From positions 2,668,001 to 2,732,000 of the forward strand of contig NW_024704743.1 of assembly GCF_018977255.1 (NCBI RefSeq): a stretch of 64,000 nucleotides of DNA. Reading direction: 5' to 3'. Made by a program: the position numbers and the translations under genes. The notes under the pieces were generated by a model. It was not told the DNA's origin. It worked only from the letters and a program-made list of their open reading frames with translations, and ran no database searches. This stretch comes from Callorhinchus milii (lineage: Eukaryota). This document shows positions 1-13,077 of this stretch, piece by piece (position 1 is the stretch's first letter; each line of letters starts with the position of its first letter).

Positions 1-138
1 CCAGGGATTCAGGTTGTTAAGTAGGAATCTAAAAGTCAAGTTTATGTATTAAATTATTCCAGCCTAAAAGATCTTATGCAGAAGGTGTTTGTTTGAAATT
101 TTTTTTAAAAAAAAGGTCAGTCTTTCCAGCGAAGCGAG

Positions 139-446
139 GTGGAGTCCTGTAGCTCAGTGGTTAGAGCACTCACTTTGCAAGCGAGAGACCTGAGTTCAAT
201 TCCAGGCAGAGGGCGAAACCTTGGGCAAGTTTCCTTACTCCACACAGAGCCTAATAATAATCCCTCCAAAACCAAAAACAATAATAAATTGGTCATTTTC
301 AATCTACGACTGTTTGTGGGACATTGCTGTGCGCAATTGGCTGCCGCGTTCGCCCACAAATATACAGTCAATTCACTTTACAGTGTGTTCCGTGAAGTGC
401 TTTGGGACGTCCTCCTGACGTGAAAAGCGCTATATCAAATGCAAGG

Positions 447-492
<46 letters not shown>
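139..492 (+). mobile_element. tRNA-derived SINE, full length, young subfamily
   Basis: A box tagctcagtgg, B box gagttcaattcc, Deu-like core ttgctgtgcgcaattggctgccgcg, LINE-like tail and (TTA)n. Confidence 0.9.
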
Positions 493-494
<2 letters not shown>

Positions 495-1394
495 ATCGCG
501 CTTCGCAAAACACAAACCTGCTTTTCATCAATTACTTAATCCTTAAACCGATACTTGTTAAAAACCCGGAATTCCCAGGTTCCTAAAGGTTGGATGTGTT
601 GAAGGTAAAATCGTCCACACAATCGCCAGGAACACCGGGTGAAGAAGCGACAAATAACCCGAACTGCTGCCCTGCATGACGTCCTTACACACTGTTTGTA
701 CGGGAACCCGGTTGTTAGTCGATTGACGGATCACTTTTCCGGGGATAGTAATCCCACGACTGTTTGTCGGGACGCTGCTGTGCGCAATTGGCTGCAGAAT
801 TTCGCCCACAAAATACACAGTCACTACACTTTACAGAGCGCTTTGTGACGTGATAAGGAGTGTTATCAAATTATTATTTATTATCTGCTTTAAAACAGGC
901 AGTGGCTTCTATTGAAGAGGGCTACAGTGGTTTATAATTGGCAGGGGACAGAATTCCCGTTAGGGGACACAAGTTGTCCAGATTCTGCGAGTCTAGCTGT
1001 CTCCGGAACAAAAAAAAATCAGTGATACATATTTATGACATTCAAGAAGCCGCAGAGCTTTGTAAATAGAATGATTTTCTCGCAGGACCTAATGGCTGTT
1101 TTTTAGGGACATTGCTGCGTGCAAATTGGTTGCCCCGTTTCTCCTACAAAATAGGCCGTCACTACAGATTACTGCAAATACTGGGAAGTGCTTTGAGATG
1201 CCACCGTGACATGAAAGGCAGAATATCAATCGCACGATTATTATTTTTTTATTTATTTAGTTATTTGTCTATTTATTATTTATTTAGTTAGTTATTTGTT
1301 TATTTATTATTAACTTTACTGTGTGCTTTTTTTAGATCGTGTGAGATTTCATCATCATCATCATCACATAATAATCCTTGCATTTTATGTAGCA

Positions 1395-1694
1395 TCAAAC
1401 ACCTCCAAGTGCTTCACTGGAAGGGCCAACCAGTCATTGTGGGGGCAGGTAATCCTCCCCCTCAGCTCATGTTAACCCTAGAGCCAAAGCCCTAACCAAC
1501 GGGGAGGGTGGTCCTCGCTGGACAAGCAGCGGGAAAGCTTGGCCAGACAGTGATATCAATGGCAAACTACGTGGTTTTAGCTGGTTAGACTCCAGCAGTT
1601 ACCCCAACACACACTCTGGGCTCCCCCCAAGCCTTGCTCTTGACCTGTGTCTAATACTCTCTGGAAGAATTAGGTTAGCGGGAAGCGTCCCTCC

Positions 1695-1729
<35 letters not shown>

Positions 1730-1866
1730 ACGCATTCCATTTCAACAATCTATCTCTGGGATTTCCATGTGTAGGTGGGAGGCGGGAATTCTCAGCTTGG
1801 TCTGGAGACTGTGAAGCAATGGTGATGGATTTCCACCCGTGTCAGACACCCGGACGACCAAAAAAA
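1395..1866 (+). mobile_element. Family-B repeat, left end missing
   Basis: ggttttagctggttagactccagcagttacccc, internal (GA)n, end gtgtcagacacccggacgacc(A)n. Confidence 0.75.
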
Positions 1867-2632
1867 ACTCTTACAATAAAATCCTGTGTAGAGCTTTGAG
1901 GCATTTCAATAACAAGATAAGATCAGGTGCTATAACCAAAGCCAAGGACGGTTGCTGTTATCAGCTTGATCAGGTCTGAAACAAACTCGTGCTGTAATGA
2001 GTCAGAGCACAGCGTAACCTTTCAGTACAGGCTCAGGTCTCCTCGGGGCTGACTTGTCCTTTAGAGGAGTTTCCTCACTGACTCTCAGACAGGAAGCTCA
2101 CAGCAGCAGCTTGCAGGGCAGTGTTGATCAGCCCTGAGATGGCCATCAGGAATATGGCTTTGAAGTTCTGCTTCATTTCATGCGGAAACCAGGTACCAAT
2201 CACTTAGATTTACAGGAATAAATCTACTGTATATTCAGGAGGTGGATCAGATCAGATCAGATCAGGGGACGGAACGACTTAATCGATACCTTGGGGCTCA
2301 CCTAGACTGTACACATCACCCCTGGTGCTGATGTCCAATTGAGACACAAATGCCACACAGATCAACATCAGCATTTTACTCACATTGCTCGCTCCTGGCT
2401 CTTACTCAATGCCACGTTTCATTTAATCTTTTAAGATCTAAAGGTATTGGATGAAACACAACTTAACCAACTGGTCACAGATAAAACAAAAACACATGAC
2501 ATTTACACACAAGCCTTTCACATCAGAAGGACGTCCCAAGGCCCTGGACAGTCAGGGATTTTGACCCGAGCTGGTGGTTGGTAGCAGGAGGGGATGGAGA
2601 GCGGGGAGGCTAGGGGCCTGACCATGTGCAAA

Positions 2633-3068
2633 TGTGGTGTGTGTGTGTTTGTGTATGTGTGTGATGTCTGTATGTGTGTGATGTCTGTATGTGTGGTGTG
2701 TGTGTATGTGTGAGTGTATGTGTGGTGTGTGTGTGTATGTGTGGTGCGTGTGTATGGGTGTGTGTATGTGTGGTGTGTGTTTGTGTGTATGTGTGGTGTG
2801 CGTGTGTGTGTATGTGTGGTGCGTGTGTATGGGTGTGTGTATGTGTGGTGTGTGTGTGTGTGTATGTGTGGTGTGTGTGTATGTGTAGTGTGTGTGTGTG
2901 TGTATGTGTGGTGTGTGTTTGTGTGTATGTGTGGTGCGTGTGTATGGGTGTGTATGTGTAGTGTGTGTGTATGGGTGTGTGTATGTGTGGTGTGTGTGTG
3001 TGTGTGTGTATGTGTGGTGTGTGTGTGTGTATGTGTGGTGTGTATTTGTGGTGTGTGTGCGCGCGTGC
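2633..3068. repeat. Compound (TG)n-rich microsatellite
   Basis: Repeating tgtgtatgtgtggtg units. Confidence 0.95.
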
Positions 3069-3366
3069 GCATGATGTCATGTAAAATGCAGGCTACAGTT
3101 TCCTTGCCAACCGATGCCCCAGACACCATCATCTGTGCACTACTTTAATCTGCCACTGACTGTGGAGTTAATAACCTGCTCAGTGAAGCCCTTTTACTGT
3201 CATTGTTAATTAACCAGAAAATAATGACAGTGAAAGGAAACTGGCAATGGGTAAAGCTGCACCTCTGGATCACACCACATTCCTCACAGAAACATTCCCA
3301 TCGCTTCAACATCCAGGCCTCGGGAGGGACTTCTTCAGTAACACGAATGGAGAGGAACTTTAAACC

Positions 3367-4045
3367 TTATTAATAATAATAATCCTTGCCTGTGATACAG
3401 CACCTTATCACGTCTTCAAGAAGTCTCAAAGCACTTCACAGGATACACTGTAAAGTGAATTGACTGTGTATTTTGTGGGCGAAACGCAGCAGCCGATCGC
3501 GCACAGCAGCGTCCCCCACAAGCAGCCGTGGGTTGAGTGACTGAATTATTATTTAAAATTTATTTCGAAGAAATTATTACCCACGGAAAAGCGATCCACC
3601 AATCGATTAACAGCGGAAACACATCACCGTTGCTCCCCAGTCTCCAAACAAAGCTGAGAATTCCAGGCCTCCCATCTCCACATAACAACCCCAGAGAGAG
3701 ATTGTTGGAATGGAATGTGCTCTCTCTCTCTCTCTCTCTCTTTCCCTGGAGGGATGCTTCCTGCTTACCTAATTCCGGAGATTATTAGGTGCACACTCTG
3801 CGCCTTTGGGGGCCCCCAAACCTTGGCTCTTGCCCACTGCAGGTTGTCTAACCAGCTAAAACCACATATTTTCCCCAGAAAGTAATCCGCCAATTAACTA
3901 ACAACCGGGTTCCCACTCACTCACTCACTCGCCGTTAGGGTTAAACACAGGTGTGTGGGTAAGGAAACTTGGCTCACACAGGAAACAAACCCAGGTCCAC
4001 TCACGTGCGAGGCGAGCAGGCTGACCACTACACTATAGGATCTGC
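3367..4045 (-). mobile_element. SINE segments (3367-3615 and 3875-4045) interrupted by a family-B repeat fragment
   Basis: SINE tail and core on the left, SINE head on the right, family-B sequence between. Confidence 0.7.
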
Positions 4046-4421
4046 AACTCATCGACGCCGGCTAAAACACCCTCAAAATATACCCCAAATTTGAATCGGG
4101 GGGGGGGGGGGGGAGAGGGGGAACGGGTAAGGGTTGGTGGGGAGCGAAGCGAAGAAGGGGAGGGGAGGAGGGAACGAGAGAGTGAAGCTGTGATGAAAAT
4201 GATCAACTAAATGCCACAAACGTCCTGGTTTTGTTGTCACTGAGACAGTGTAAGATGTCAGTGTCTCGCTGCTCTATATTAATAACTAAACCAGACTGAC
4301 TGCATGTAACAAAGGCAATATTCCTGATGATTGACGTGAGGCTGTCATTGATTGTCCAGATGTTCCTCCCGGCCTCCAACTCTGGCTTTGTCTCCTCTTG
4401 CAAACTGAACATATCTGACCT

Positions 4422-4757
4422 TTCCTCTCTCTGTCTCTCTTTCTGTCTCTGGCTCTCTATCTATCTCTGTCCGTCTCTCTCTCTCTCTGTCTGTCTCTCT
4501 GTCTCTGTCTGTCTCTCTCTGTGGCTCTCTATCTGTCTCTATTTGTCTCTCTACGTGTCTCTGTCTGTCACTCTCTGTCTCTCTCTATCTCTCTATGTGT
4601 CTCTGTCTGTCTCTCTCTATCTCTCTATGTGTCTCTGTCTGTCTCTCTCTGTCTCTCTATGTGTCTCTGTCTCTCTCTGTCTCTCTATGTGTCTCTGTCT
4701 GTCTCTCTCTATCTTGCTGTCTGTCTCTGTCTCTCGGTCTCTGTCTCTATGTCTCTC
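4422..4757. repeat. Compound (TC)n/(TCTG)n microsatellite
   Basis: Directly visible. Confidence 0.95.
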
Positions 4758-7700
4758 CACCATCAGACCTGCCACACCAGAGCAAGAGGGTTTGCTCGTT
4801 TATGAAACATTGACTTTTTTTTCTTCAAACGGAGTCTCAATGTGGAATCTGATTTTAATTATTATTGTATTTTGCTCAGATCCTCACGACAAACCTGGAG
4901 GTGAGATTGTGGGTTAGTAAATTTGTTTCTGGATTCCCTCTCCCCCCACCACTTCCTCCTTCTCCTCTCCCCCCTCACCCTCATGTAATTAAAATGACAT
5001 TCCTTCTGACCTTTCACTTTCCTCTGTTTCGTTCATTGTGTCATTTGATAACAAGCTTTTAAAAACTATGAGCATAAAAATGACTTGATTTTGCTTTGCG
5101 CTCATTCCCAGCCTTAGTCTAAGTTCCACCGTAGATCTTTTTAAGCAGAAATACTGTATCTATTTTCCTACTCGCTCCCGTTGAGCCGGTGAATAAAACT
5201 TCAAGGTAGAATTTGGAGCGTTGCAATTTAGCATTGCCTTTAATTGACGCTGACTTCGGTTTAAGGAATATAACTGGAATTGGGAGAAGGAATCGTTGTT
5301 AGTTGATTAGCGGATCGCTTTTCCCGGAGTAATAATGCCTTCAAAAAGATCCCCTCAAAATATTTGGTCACTCAATCCATGATTGTTTGTGGGACATTCA
5401 CTGCTGTGTGCAATTGGCTGCCGAGTTTCGCCCACAAAATGAACAGTCAATTGACTTTACAGTATATTCTGTGAAGCGCTTTGAGACGTCTGGAAGGTCC
5501 AGGGATAGAAGTCAACCTCTGCAAGTCTGTTGTGTTTTGTGCGGCTGATTGTACACATTGCGCTAATTGAGATCCTGCAGTTCAGGTGAATGTCGCCGGC
5601 AACAGGACAAGGAGACTGGCTGGCTGTGTGTCTTTGAAGACACCGCCCAGAGAGATCTTCATAAGCTACACAGCACATCAGATCCCACAATCTGCCACCG
5701 ACACATGGTCAGAGACTAATGACTATTTAGCAAGTGACCTGCCATTCCAATTGATCCACAATTCCAATCGTGGAAATGTTACGTCTGTCACAGACTCAGA
5801 TTCTGCCTCAAATTACAGCTGATTGAAATGCGAGTTCCTTGGCCTCTCCGGAGACAGGGCTCAGTATCAATCCTAGATTATTCATAGAATCTACAATCAT
5901 AGATTATTCAACCGGGGTATGTTGCCCAGGGACCTGTAACCTGCTGCTCTTCACATCCACACACAATTCTCCTCCCCCCATCTTGCCTCCTTCATACAAA
6001 TTTACAGCACAGGAGGAGGCCACTCAGTCCATTGAGTCTGCACTAGCGCTCAGAGCAAGATGCTCAGTGGGCTCCTTCCTGCTCCATGTTCCTGGCCCAC
6101 CCCCACCCCCCCCACCACTCAACCCACGACTGTTGGACTTGTTGTGCACGATTGGCTGCTGCGTTTTCCCCACAAAACAGTCACTACACTTCACAGTATA
6201 TTCTGTGAAGCGCTTTGAGACGTCTCAGCAACATGATAAGACCCTGTATCTAATGCGAGGATTATTATTGTTATTATTATTATTGTTGTTATTATTGTTA
6301 TTATTATTGAGGCCGGGGGCAGTGCTTCCGATCAGAATGACAGAGGGGATGAGCTCTGTATGAACTCTCAGCTTATCTCTCACCAGCAGGTTTAAAGCTT
6401 GAAGTGCAGCAATAAAAGCAAAGCTCAGGGACACAAGGAGAAGTGTAGATATCTCCCCCGATAACATTTAGGATTTTGTGGTGATTCACAATGAAGGCCA
6501 CGATCCTGTTGAATTACCCTCAGGCAAACACAATGTCTCACTGAGCCACGTGGAGAGGTTTCATGATTAGATGACAGTCTGACAGCACTGGGCGAAGAGC
6601 CTGAGAAATGAGACTTTTATTAATTTACAGCACTTTGTTTTCACAAACTCCCCTTCAGTTTTCCCTCCTCTTCTTGTAGATCTTTTGAGACCATTCTGTC
6701 GTTTGACCCAAGGTGCCATTATTCACATCACAGCCAGTCATCCCTACCAGTCAGTCTCAGCAGTTTATTGGAAATAGGGCTGGAGGGGAATCAGCAGCGA
6801 CTGATAATGTCCACACCTGATATTGTTGGATCTCCCTCCCACAGTCCCTCTGCCTCTCTCTCTCTCTCCTTTTGCCTTCAAGCCCATCTCAAAATCCTCC
6901 TCTTCATTCTCGCCTTTGGTCACCCTCCTACCCCTACCCTCTCCGCCCTCCACCCCTCCTGATCACAACGTCCTCCTGACATGAAAGGCACCGTGTGTAA
7001 ATGTCATGTGTTGCTGTTGTTCTCATTCATGCACATTAATTGTCTGATCTAACAATGTGGAACAATGTGGTTCTGTCACTGGTATAAAAGCTCCTCCTGT
7101 GAGTTGGCTGTTTGTTAGTCTATTTATTTTGATTCACTCATATTCCAAATGTAGAAAATATAGAAAATGGTGTCACTTAAAAAATAATATATCATAAGCT
7201 CAGGGGAACACACACGCTCAGCAAATGCAAACTGCAGAGTCTTTTATTGTTACACACACACATTCCTGGTAAATAATTCACAAGCATTGGCCCGTTTGAA
7301 CTCGATCATCATTCCAGAATGTCTAATCAGAGCCAAAGCTTGTCTTTAAACAGTGAACTGGTGCATTGACAGAGGCTAAATGAGTATCATATACAGCCTC
7401 TAATGTGCACTTGATAATAGGGGACTTGATTTAAGACACATTAAGGTTAGTGTATTTCAGCATAAACCCAGTGGAACAGTCCCGGTTTATGCAAAGAGGA
7501 TGAATTGCATGTGCACAGAAGTTCAATAGGGTCGATGCCCATGAGTTGATTTGATGTACGGATAAAGGTTGCAATGGGTGTAAGTTGCAAAGATAAGAGT
7601 TGATACGTGGGGAAGGATGAAATTGGCTCGGTGTTTGTCCACCGGTTTGAGTTGTGGTCTGTACAGAGGCAGATGCACAAACGGCTAAACGTTAAGCTGA

Positions 7701-8159
7701 TGTGCAGGGTAACACGTGCAGAGATCGCAGTGCAGGAGAAGGGGGGGGGGAGCTGAGGCTGATCGAGGAAGGTTCTCTGAGAGTCCACACCTCCTGTGCC
7801 TGTGCCTCAGGTCTGGTCAGCAACTACCACCCTCACCCCCAGTCCCCCCACCAGAGAACTGGCTCTGTTACTGGGGAGCAATAATACCCGTCTTTTTTGG
7901 ACAGTGCCATGAGTTCTCACACACGTGTGCCCACCAAATACACAGTCACTACACTTTACAGTACATTCTGTGAAGCGCTTTGAGACGTCTTGAAGAGACG
8001 TGATAAGGCGCTGTATCAAATGCAAGGATTATGATTAAAGAGGGAATGTCTCAGTGTTTTGCAGGCTACAGTGTAACGTGTAGTGACTGTGTATTTTGTA
8101 GGCCAACTTGTGCAAAACAGTTGAATAATCGAAAGCTTGTCTCTTGCATTATCCACAAT

Positions 8160-11100
8160 ACTCCACAAACAATACAGCTTTATTCGTAAGTAATTTTTAC
8201 AGAGGTAGAACAAAATACTTTGTATATTTTATTGATATATACAGAGAGAGAGAAATAACCATAAATTAACACGAGAGAAAGTGAGAGGAACAGTGGTTTA
8301 AGAATGACCAGCATTATGCCTTAAATCCAAAAAAAAACCCAACACAGATGAAAATCCCTCACATAGGTTCTTGAGATAGGTGGAGGAGCTTTTGCTGGTA
8401 TAAAACATCCAAGTACGTTAGGGGGAGACACGATATGAGAATAATATAGATCAGATCCTCCCGAGATTTCCTTCAGTGACACCTGGGCTCTGACTTCAAT
8501 TCAAGTTGAAAATCACAGCTGCAGGTTTCTACAAAGTTAAACACAGCCGAGACCTGAAATTCCACCTGGTCTGAGGCAGTGAGTCCCATGGCTTGTCCTG
8601 TTCTGACATATTAGGGGTATTAGGGGAACAACAACAACTTGCATTTATATAGCACTCCTCATGCAGGGTAGCGTCTCAGAGCGCTTCTGAGAGCCGGCGG
8701 GAGTGAGGTGTGGGGGAGAAAGATGACAAAAAGCACCATCGACTATAAAGATGAGGCCTTAAAGGTGGGGAAATAGGGGTTAACACAGACGTGGCGGCGG
8801 GGGGGGGAATGATTGACAGCTTGTTCGCGCTGTTGGGCAGGTTGGTGGGTGGGGGGGTGGCGCAGGTGTGTAGGAATTCACAGCCCATATTTGCTGGCTG
8901 TAGGGAGGGGGGGGGGGTTAAGGGATTGCAGGAGGCACAGAGCTAGGGATGGGGGGGAATTTGAACACTTGGAATTCGACACGTAGCATCTCTGCAGAGT
9001 TGTGGAGTATTCTTTGGAGTTGGGGGTGTGCGTGGATGTGTGTGGGGTGTGGATATGTGGTGGGACTGTGTGAGGGTGTGTGTGTGTGTGGGTGGGTGGG
9101 GGGGGGGTGCATTTTTGTGTGAAACACATTAACAAGGAATATTTCACTGCAATATCTGGAAATTCCCAGGTGCCAATTGCTAATTATCACACTGTTGACA
9201 AATGTGGTGGGCAAAACCTGGACCTGCTGGGAGTGTTAATTCCCCCACTCGCCCACCCCTTGAGGAAGGTGATATTGGGGCGCGAGTCAGAGGGAGATCA
9301 CAGTTACTGGGTTTATTGTTGAGTTAGTTAACCCAGTGTCTCGCTGACTGGTACTCCAATGCTGTGAGGCAGCGAACACTAATAGCCCACATTGAGATGG
9401 AGTCTTGGGGTGACAGTGGGTACACAGAGAACAGGTCTCAGCTGCAGTCAAACATCTTACAGTGTTATTAACACATCACCCATCGGAATTTGCTCCCCGT
9501 TTACTTTTTTCTTTTTATTCCCCCCCCCCCCCACCCCCCACTTCCTCCCCTTCACACAAAAAAAACCTTCACTAAGTAGAAGTTCGAGTGTTGAAATTCT
9601 TCCCTTTTCAATTAAAAAAAAGCTCTGAAACGTTTCATTATGACGGGTGTTCCTGAATTATTTTGAGTTAAGGACGGAGGTGGGGGGGGGGGGGGGGAGT
9701 GTGGATAAGTTTGGTTCGGGGAGTGGGGGAAGAGAATGAGAGCGAGAGTATGTATATGTGAGAGAGAGAGAAAATATCTATAGACATCAATGGGTTAACT
9801 GAAGTCCCAGGAGGAAAAAGAAATCTACTTTTTTAAAAATAAAATCACACTAAAAGAAGCACGTTGTGAAAGTGTTAAGTGTTGATAGCCACACAGTTAG
9901 CCGCATTATTTTGGTCACTCGTATATAAATAGCCAACACATACCACAAAATCCATCACCGTGAAGCGAACACAAAGAAATCTAACAGAACCAAATCCCCC
10001 AAAACAGCTCGTTATCAAGAAAATAACCAGGAGATTAAAGTAAATTAACAACACAAGTGGTCAGAGAGCACAGACACTCGGCTACTTTGACGACTTAAAA
10101 GTTTTCGTGAAAAGCTGAAACATTTAAAATATTTTTCGTTTAAAAGATGTATATATTGAGATCAGTCGTACGTAACCAGCACTATTTACAGACAAAGAAC
10201 TATCATAATAACTTTACTGTGTGTGTGTGTGGTGTGCGTGTGTGTGTGGTGGTGTGCGCGTGTGTATATGAACATGGTGTATGTGGTGTGCGTGTGTGAT
10301 GTGTGTGTGTATGTATGTGGTGTGAGTGTGTGTATATGTACGTGGTGTGTGTGTATGTGCGTGTGTCAACATCAAGTTCAACCACAGACATTTTAGTAGT
10401 TTTACAGAATTCAAAGAAATCGAACATTTAGGATTTCTATCTAATGCTTTGCAACTTGACTTGAATTGAGAGTCCCTCTGTTTGTGTGTGTGCGGGGGGG
10501 GGGGGGTTTGGTTGGTTGTAAGTTTTGCTGAGCGGTGGAAAGGGAGTGGGGGCGGGAGACACAGAAGCAATTTTTTTAAAAAAATGATTGCAAAAGCTGG
10601 AATAAAAAGTGTGTAGTCAGCGTCTAAAAGTGAGAACTGGAATTCCATCTCGTCTTAACCGAAAAGACTATTTTGTCTTGAAATTTAACAACTTTAAGAA
10701 GGAGGCCCTTTGGCCCATCCATTCAGAACACCCACCCTACGATCCTCCCATCAAGCTGATTATTAAGTGAGTCCAATGTCCTGGCCTCTACAACTTTCCT
10801 TGTGGACATTTCAGTCCTATATTTGGATACTTTTTTTTTATTCACCATGGAAAACTGGCTTCTCAATTCAGATTGAAATTGAAGGGATTTTTGCCAATTT
10901 TGAATCAAGTTAAATTTTAAGGTTAAAGAAAACAGGTCTTTATCATGTGTCATCCAAGGGGGTGGAATGCCAGGTTTTATATCGGGGCTGTTTATCTCCT
11001 GAGAGAAAGTGTCTTCTAACTCGCTAACCTTTGAGATGTAAACTTCGCAGTATTTCAGAACGGATTTCATTCTCAAATTTCTAAAGCACTGAACCCTCCG

Positions 11101-11644
11101 AGGAAACATGTTTGACGGCACATTTGGGTTTCATTCATTTGACTATTTTGTATCCAGTACGATTTACATTTATAAATCTCCTTTCGTGTCGGGAGGACAT
11201 CGCAAAGCACCTGACATTGTTTGATGGGCAGCCCAGCTGGGGGTTGGGGACTGAGGGGAGTGCGGGGGGGGTTAGGGGAAAAGTGACCGAAAGCTCAGAG
11301 AGTGAAAGAGGTTCTTCTTGTGATGGGACTTGAATGAGGGGAGGGAGAGCGAGTGAGTGAGTCAGAGGGACTCCGTGATGAGGCGAATTAGAAAATACCT
11401 CAAGTTAGACCGGTTCAGCTCTGCCTGTAGAGAGGAGTTAACCTTGTTTTTAAAAAGGTTCTAACCTCAGACCCCGTCGGTTACAGGTGTTGAAGAGACA
11501 CGGTTTCTAAGCTGTTACAACAGTCAAGGTTAGATCACATTTTCTACGACATTCATGTCAGGATTATAAACACCTCTGTGTGTGTGGGGGGGTGTGTGAG
11601 TGGAGGGGGGGTGTGGTGGTGTTGGGGGAGAGGGAGAGCGACGC
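8160..11644 (-). other. PTPRN2: Probable PTPRN2 3' UTR (about 3.5 kb)
   Basis: Follows the stop codon. AT-rich and depleted of full SINE copies relative to the flanks. Minus-strand AATAAA at 8228-8233 and 8179-8184. The 3' end is inferred. Confidence 0.5.
8179..8233 (-). terminator. Candidate polyadenylation signals (two AATAAA)
   Basis: Plus-strand tttatt at 8179-8184 and 8228-8233, with a TG/T-rich tract just downstream on the minus strand. An alternative AATAAA lies at 7243-7248. Confidence 0.4.
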
Positions 11645-11716
11645 TCACTGTGGCAGGGCTTTGAGAATCGCATTCACTTCCTCGGCCACCGCTGTCAACG
11701 CAAACTCAAACTGCTC
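11645..11716 (-). CDS. PTPRN2: PTPRN2 last coding exon (coding part), ending in TGA
   Basis: Acceptor ccacag|, then EQFEFALTAVAEEVNAILKALPQ*, the conserved IA-2/phogrin C-terminus. Confidence 0.97.
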   Translation of the reverse strand, partial: EQFEFALTAVAEEVNAILKALPQ

Positions 11717-11859
11717 CTGTGGAGATCAACGGAAAAGCCGTCAGCAAACAGGTACCCAGTTACTCACACGCACACCGACCGACTGACTGACATGGTGCAA
11801 ACGGATCTGTTCTCTGCAATGGTTTGGGGGGAATCCAGCATTTAAACCAGAGAGAGTTT

Positions 11860-12325
11860 GCCAGCTGCACACGGACATTTCCCCTGGGTCTGGAATGGAA
11901 TGCAGGCCGGCAGGAGCCAAGGCTTGAGGACCCCACAGTGTGTGTTGGGGATAACTGCTGGAGTCTAACAGCTAAAACTATACAGTTTGCCATTGAGAGC
12001 GAATGCTGTCTGGCCAAGCTTTCCTGCTGCTTGTCCAGCTGGGACCGGCCTCCCCGTTAGTTAGTCAGGGCTTTGGCTGCGGGGTTAACATGAGCCGAGG
12101 GGGAGGATTCCTCTGCCCTCAGTGACTGGTTGGCCCTTCCAGGTCCTGCCGATGAGCCAGGCCGGGCTGTGCTGCCATCAGCAGTGAGTGCCCTGGAATA
12201 CTGCGGCCCCTCCTGGCTCGGGAGCTGGACTAGAGACCACCACGAGAGAGGGGGCTCCATTCCCACATTCCATTGCCAGGCATGTCACCTTGGGGCCAGT
12301 TCAGCTCCAAGGAGACCCCGCTTCC
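11860..12325 (-). mobile_element. Family-B repeat in the last PTPRN2 intron
   Basis: Reverse complement of about 53305-53770. Confidence 0.7.
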
Positions 12326-13003
12326 CCCCACCCCCCCCCCACCACATCCCCCAGGAGCATTGTATATAACATAAAGGAAATGAGGAAAAGAAATGTGGTG
12401 ATGGAGAAAGGATATTTTTTACTGATGCTGTTTCCAACTCTCTCCAAAAAAACCTTCTGTGGCCAATAAGCATAAAGTGAGGTCCTCCATGTCGGGAGGT
12501 ATTAGTAACTGTGTGATATCTCTCCAGACAGCTATTGCTCACATCAATGACATTTCAAATCTGACTATTATTGAATCCATGGATTCCGATGGCTTTGAAG
12601 ACAATGTTTTTTTTATTCCTTATTTGTGTGCAGCCCTGGGAGCGCGAGGCTTGTTTAGATCGGTCACGGCCCAGATTCTCCCCAGACTTGCCCCTTAGGC
12701 TGTGTAATTAAGAGATGTATAATTTGCCACACTTCGGAATAAATGAATGTGTGGCTGTTAAGGAGGCGATGTGACCCAGTCTGCACTAGTTCCTAGTTAC
12801 GATTGAGACCCATAGGAATTGCTAGACAACACATGAGCTCGACGGGCTGAATGGCTGGTCTCCTTCTGTGCTGCAGGTTTCTCTGACTGGACCTGCGAGC
12901 TCCTGGGCTGCGAGCCACAGCTCTCTGCTACACACTACACCTTCGGGGCTGGTAACTTGCCTCTCGTTGATCTGAGCGCCCGGCAAGGCTCAGCTCAGCT
13001 TAC

Positions 13004-13077
13004 CTTGGTCTGAACCATCTGCGGTCTCTGGTCTCTCAAGTGTTCCAGAGTGGCTGCTATGTCAATCTCCTTAGCAC
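13004..13077 (-). CDS. PTPRN2: PTPRN2 exon 22 equivalent, 74 bp, phase 1/0
   Basis: Bounded by ttacag| and |gtaagc. Encodes (G)[24 protein letters not shown] (Q-loop). Confidence 0.97.

Noticed and set aside
139..215. tRNA gene
   Set aside because: The A and B boxes are the head of a SINE and run straight into SINE body. The same head recurs many times in the window.
117..423. Recurrent 'MTVYFVG...', 'MGKFPYST...' and '[10 protein letters not shown]' ORFs resembling a gene family
   Set aside because: They are translations of the SINE core at many copies, with inconsistent frames.
129..506. 8-bp inverted repeat (gcgaagcg / cgcttcgc) flanking the first SINE
   Set aside because: It is short, not a direct TSD, and absent from other copies. 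Likely chance.
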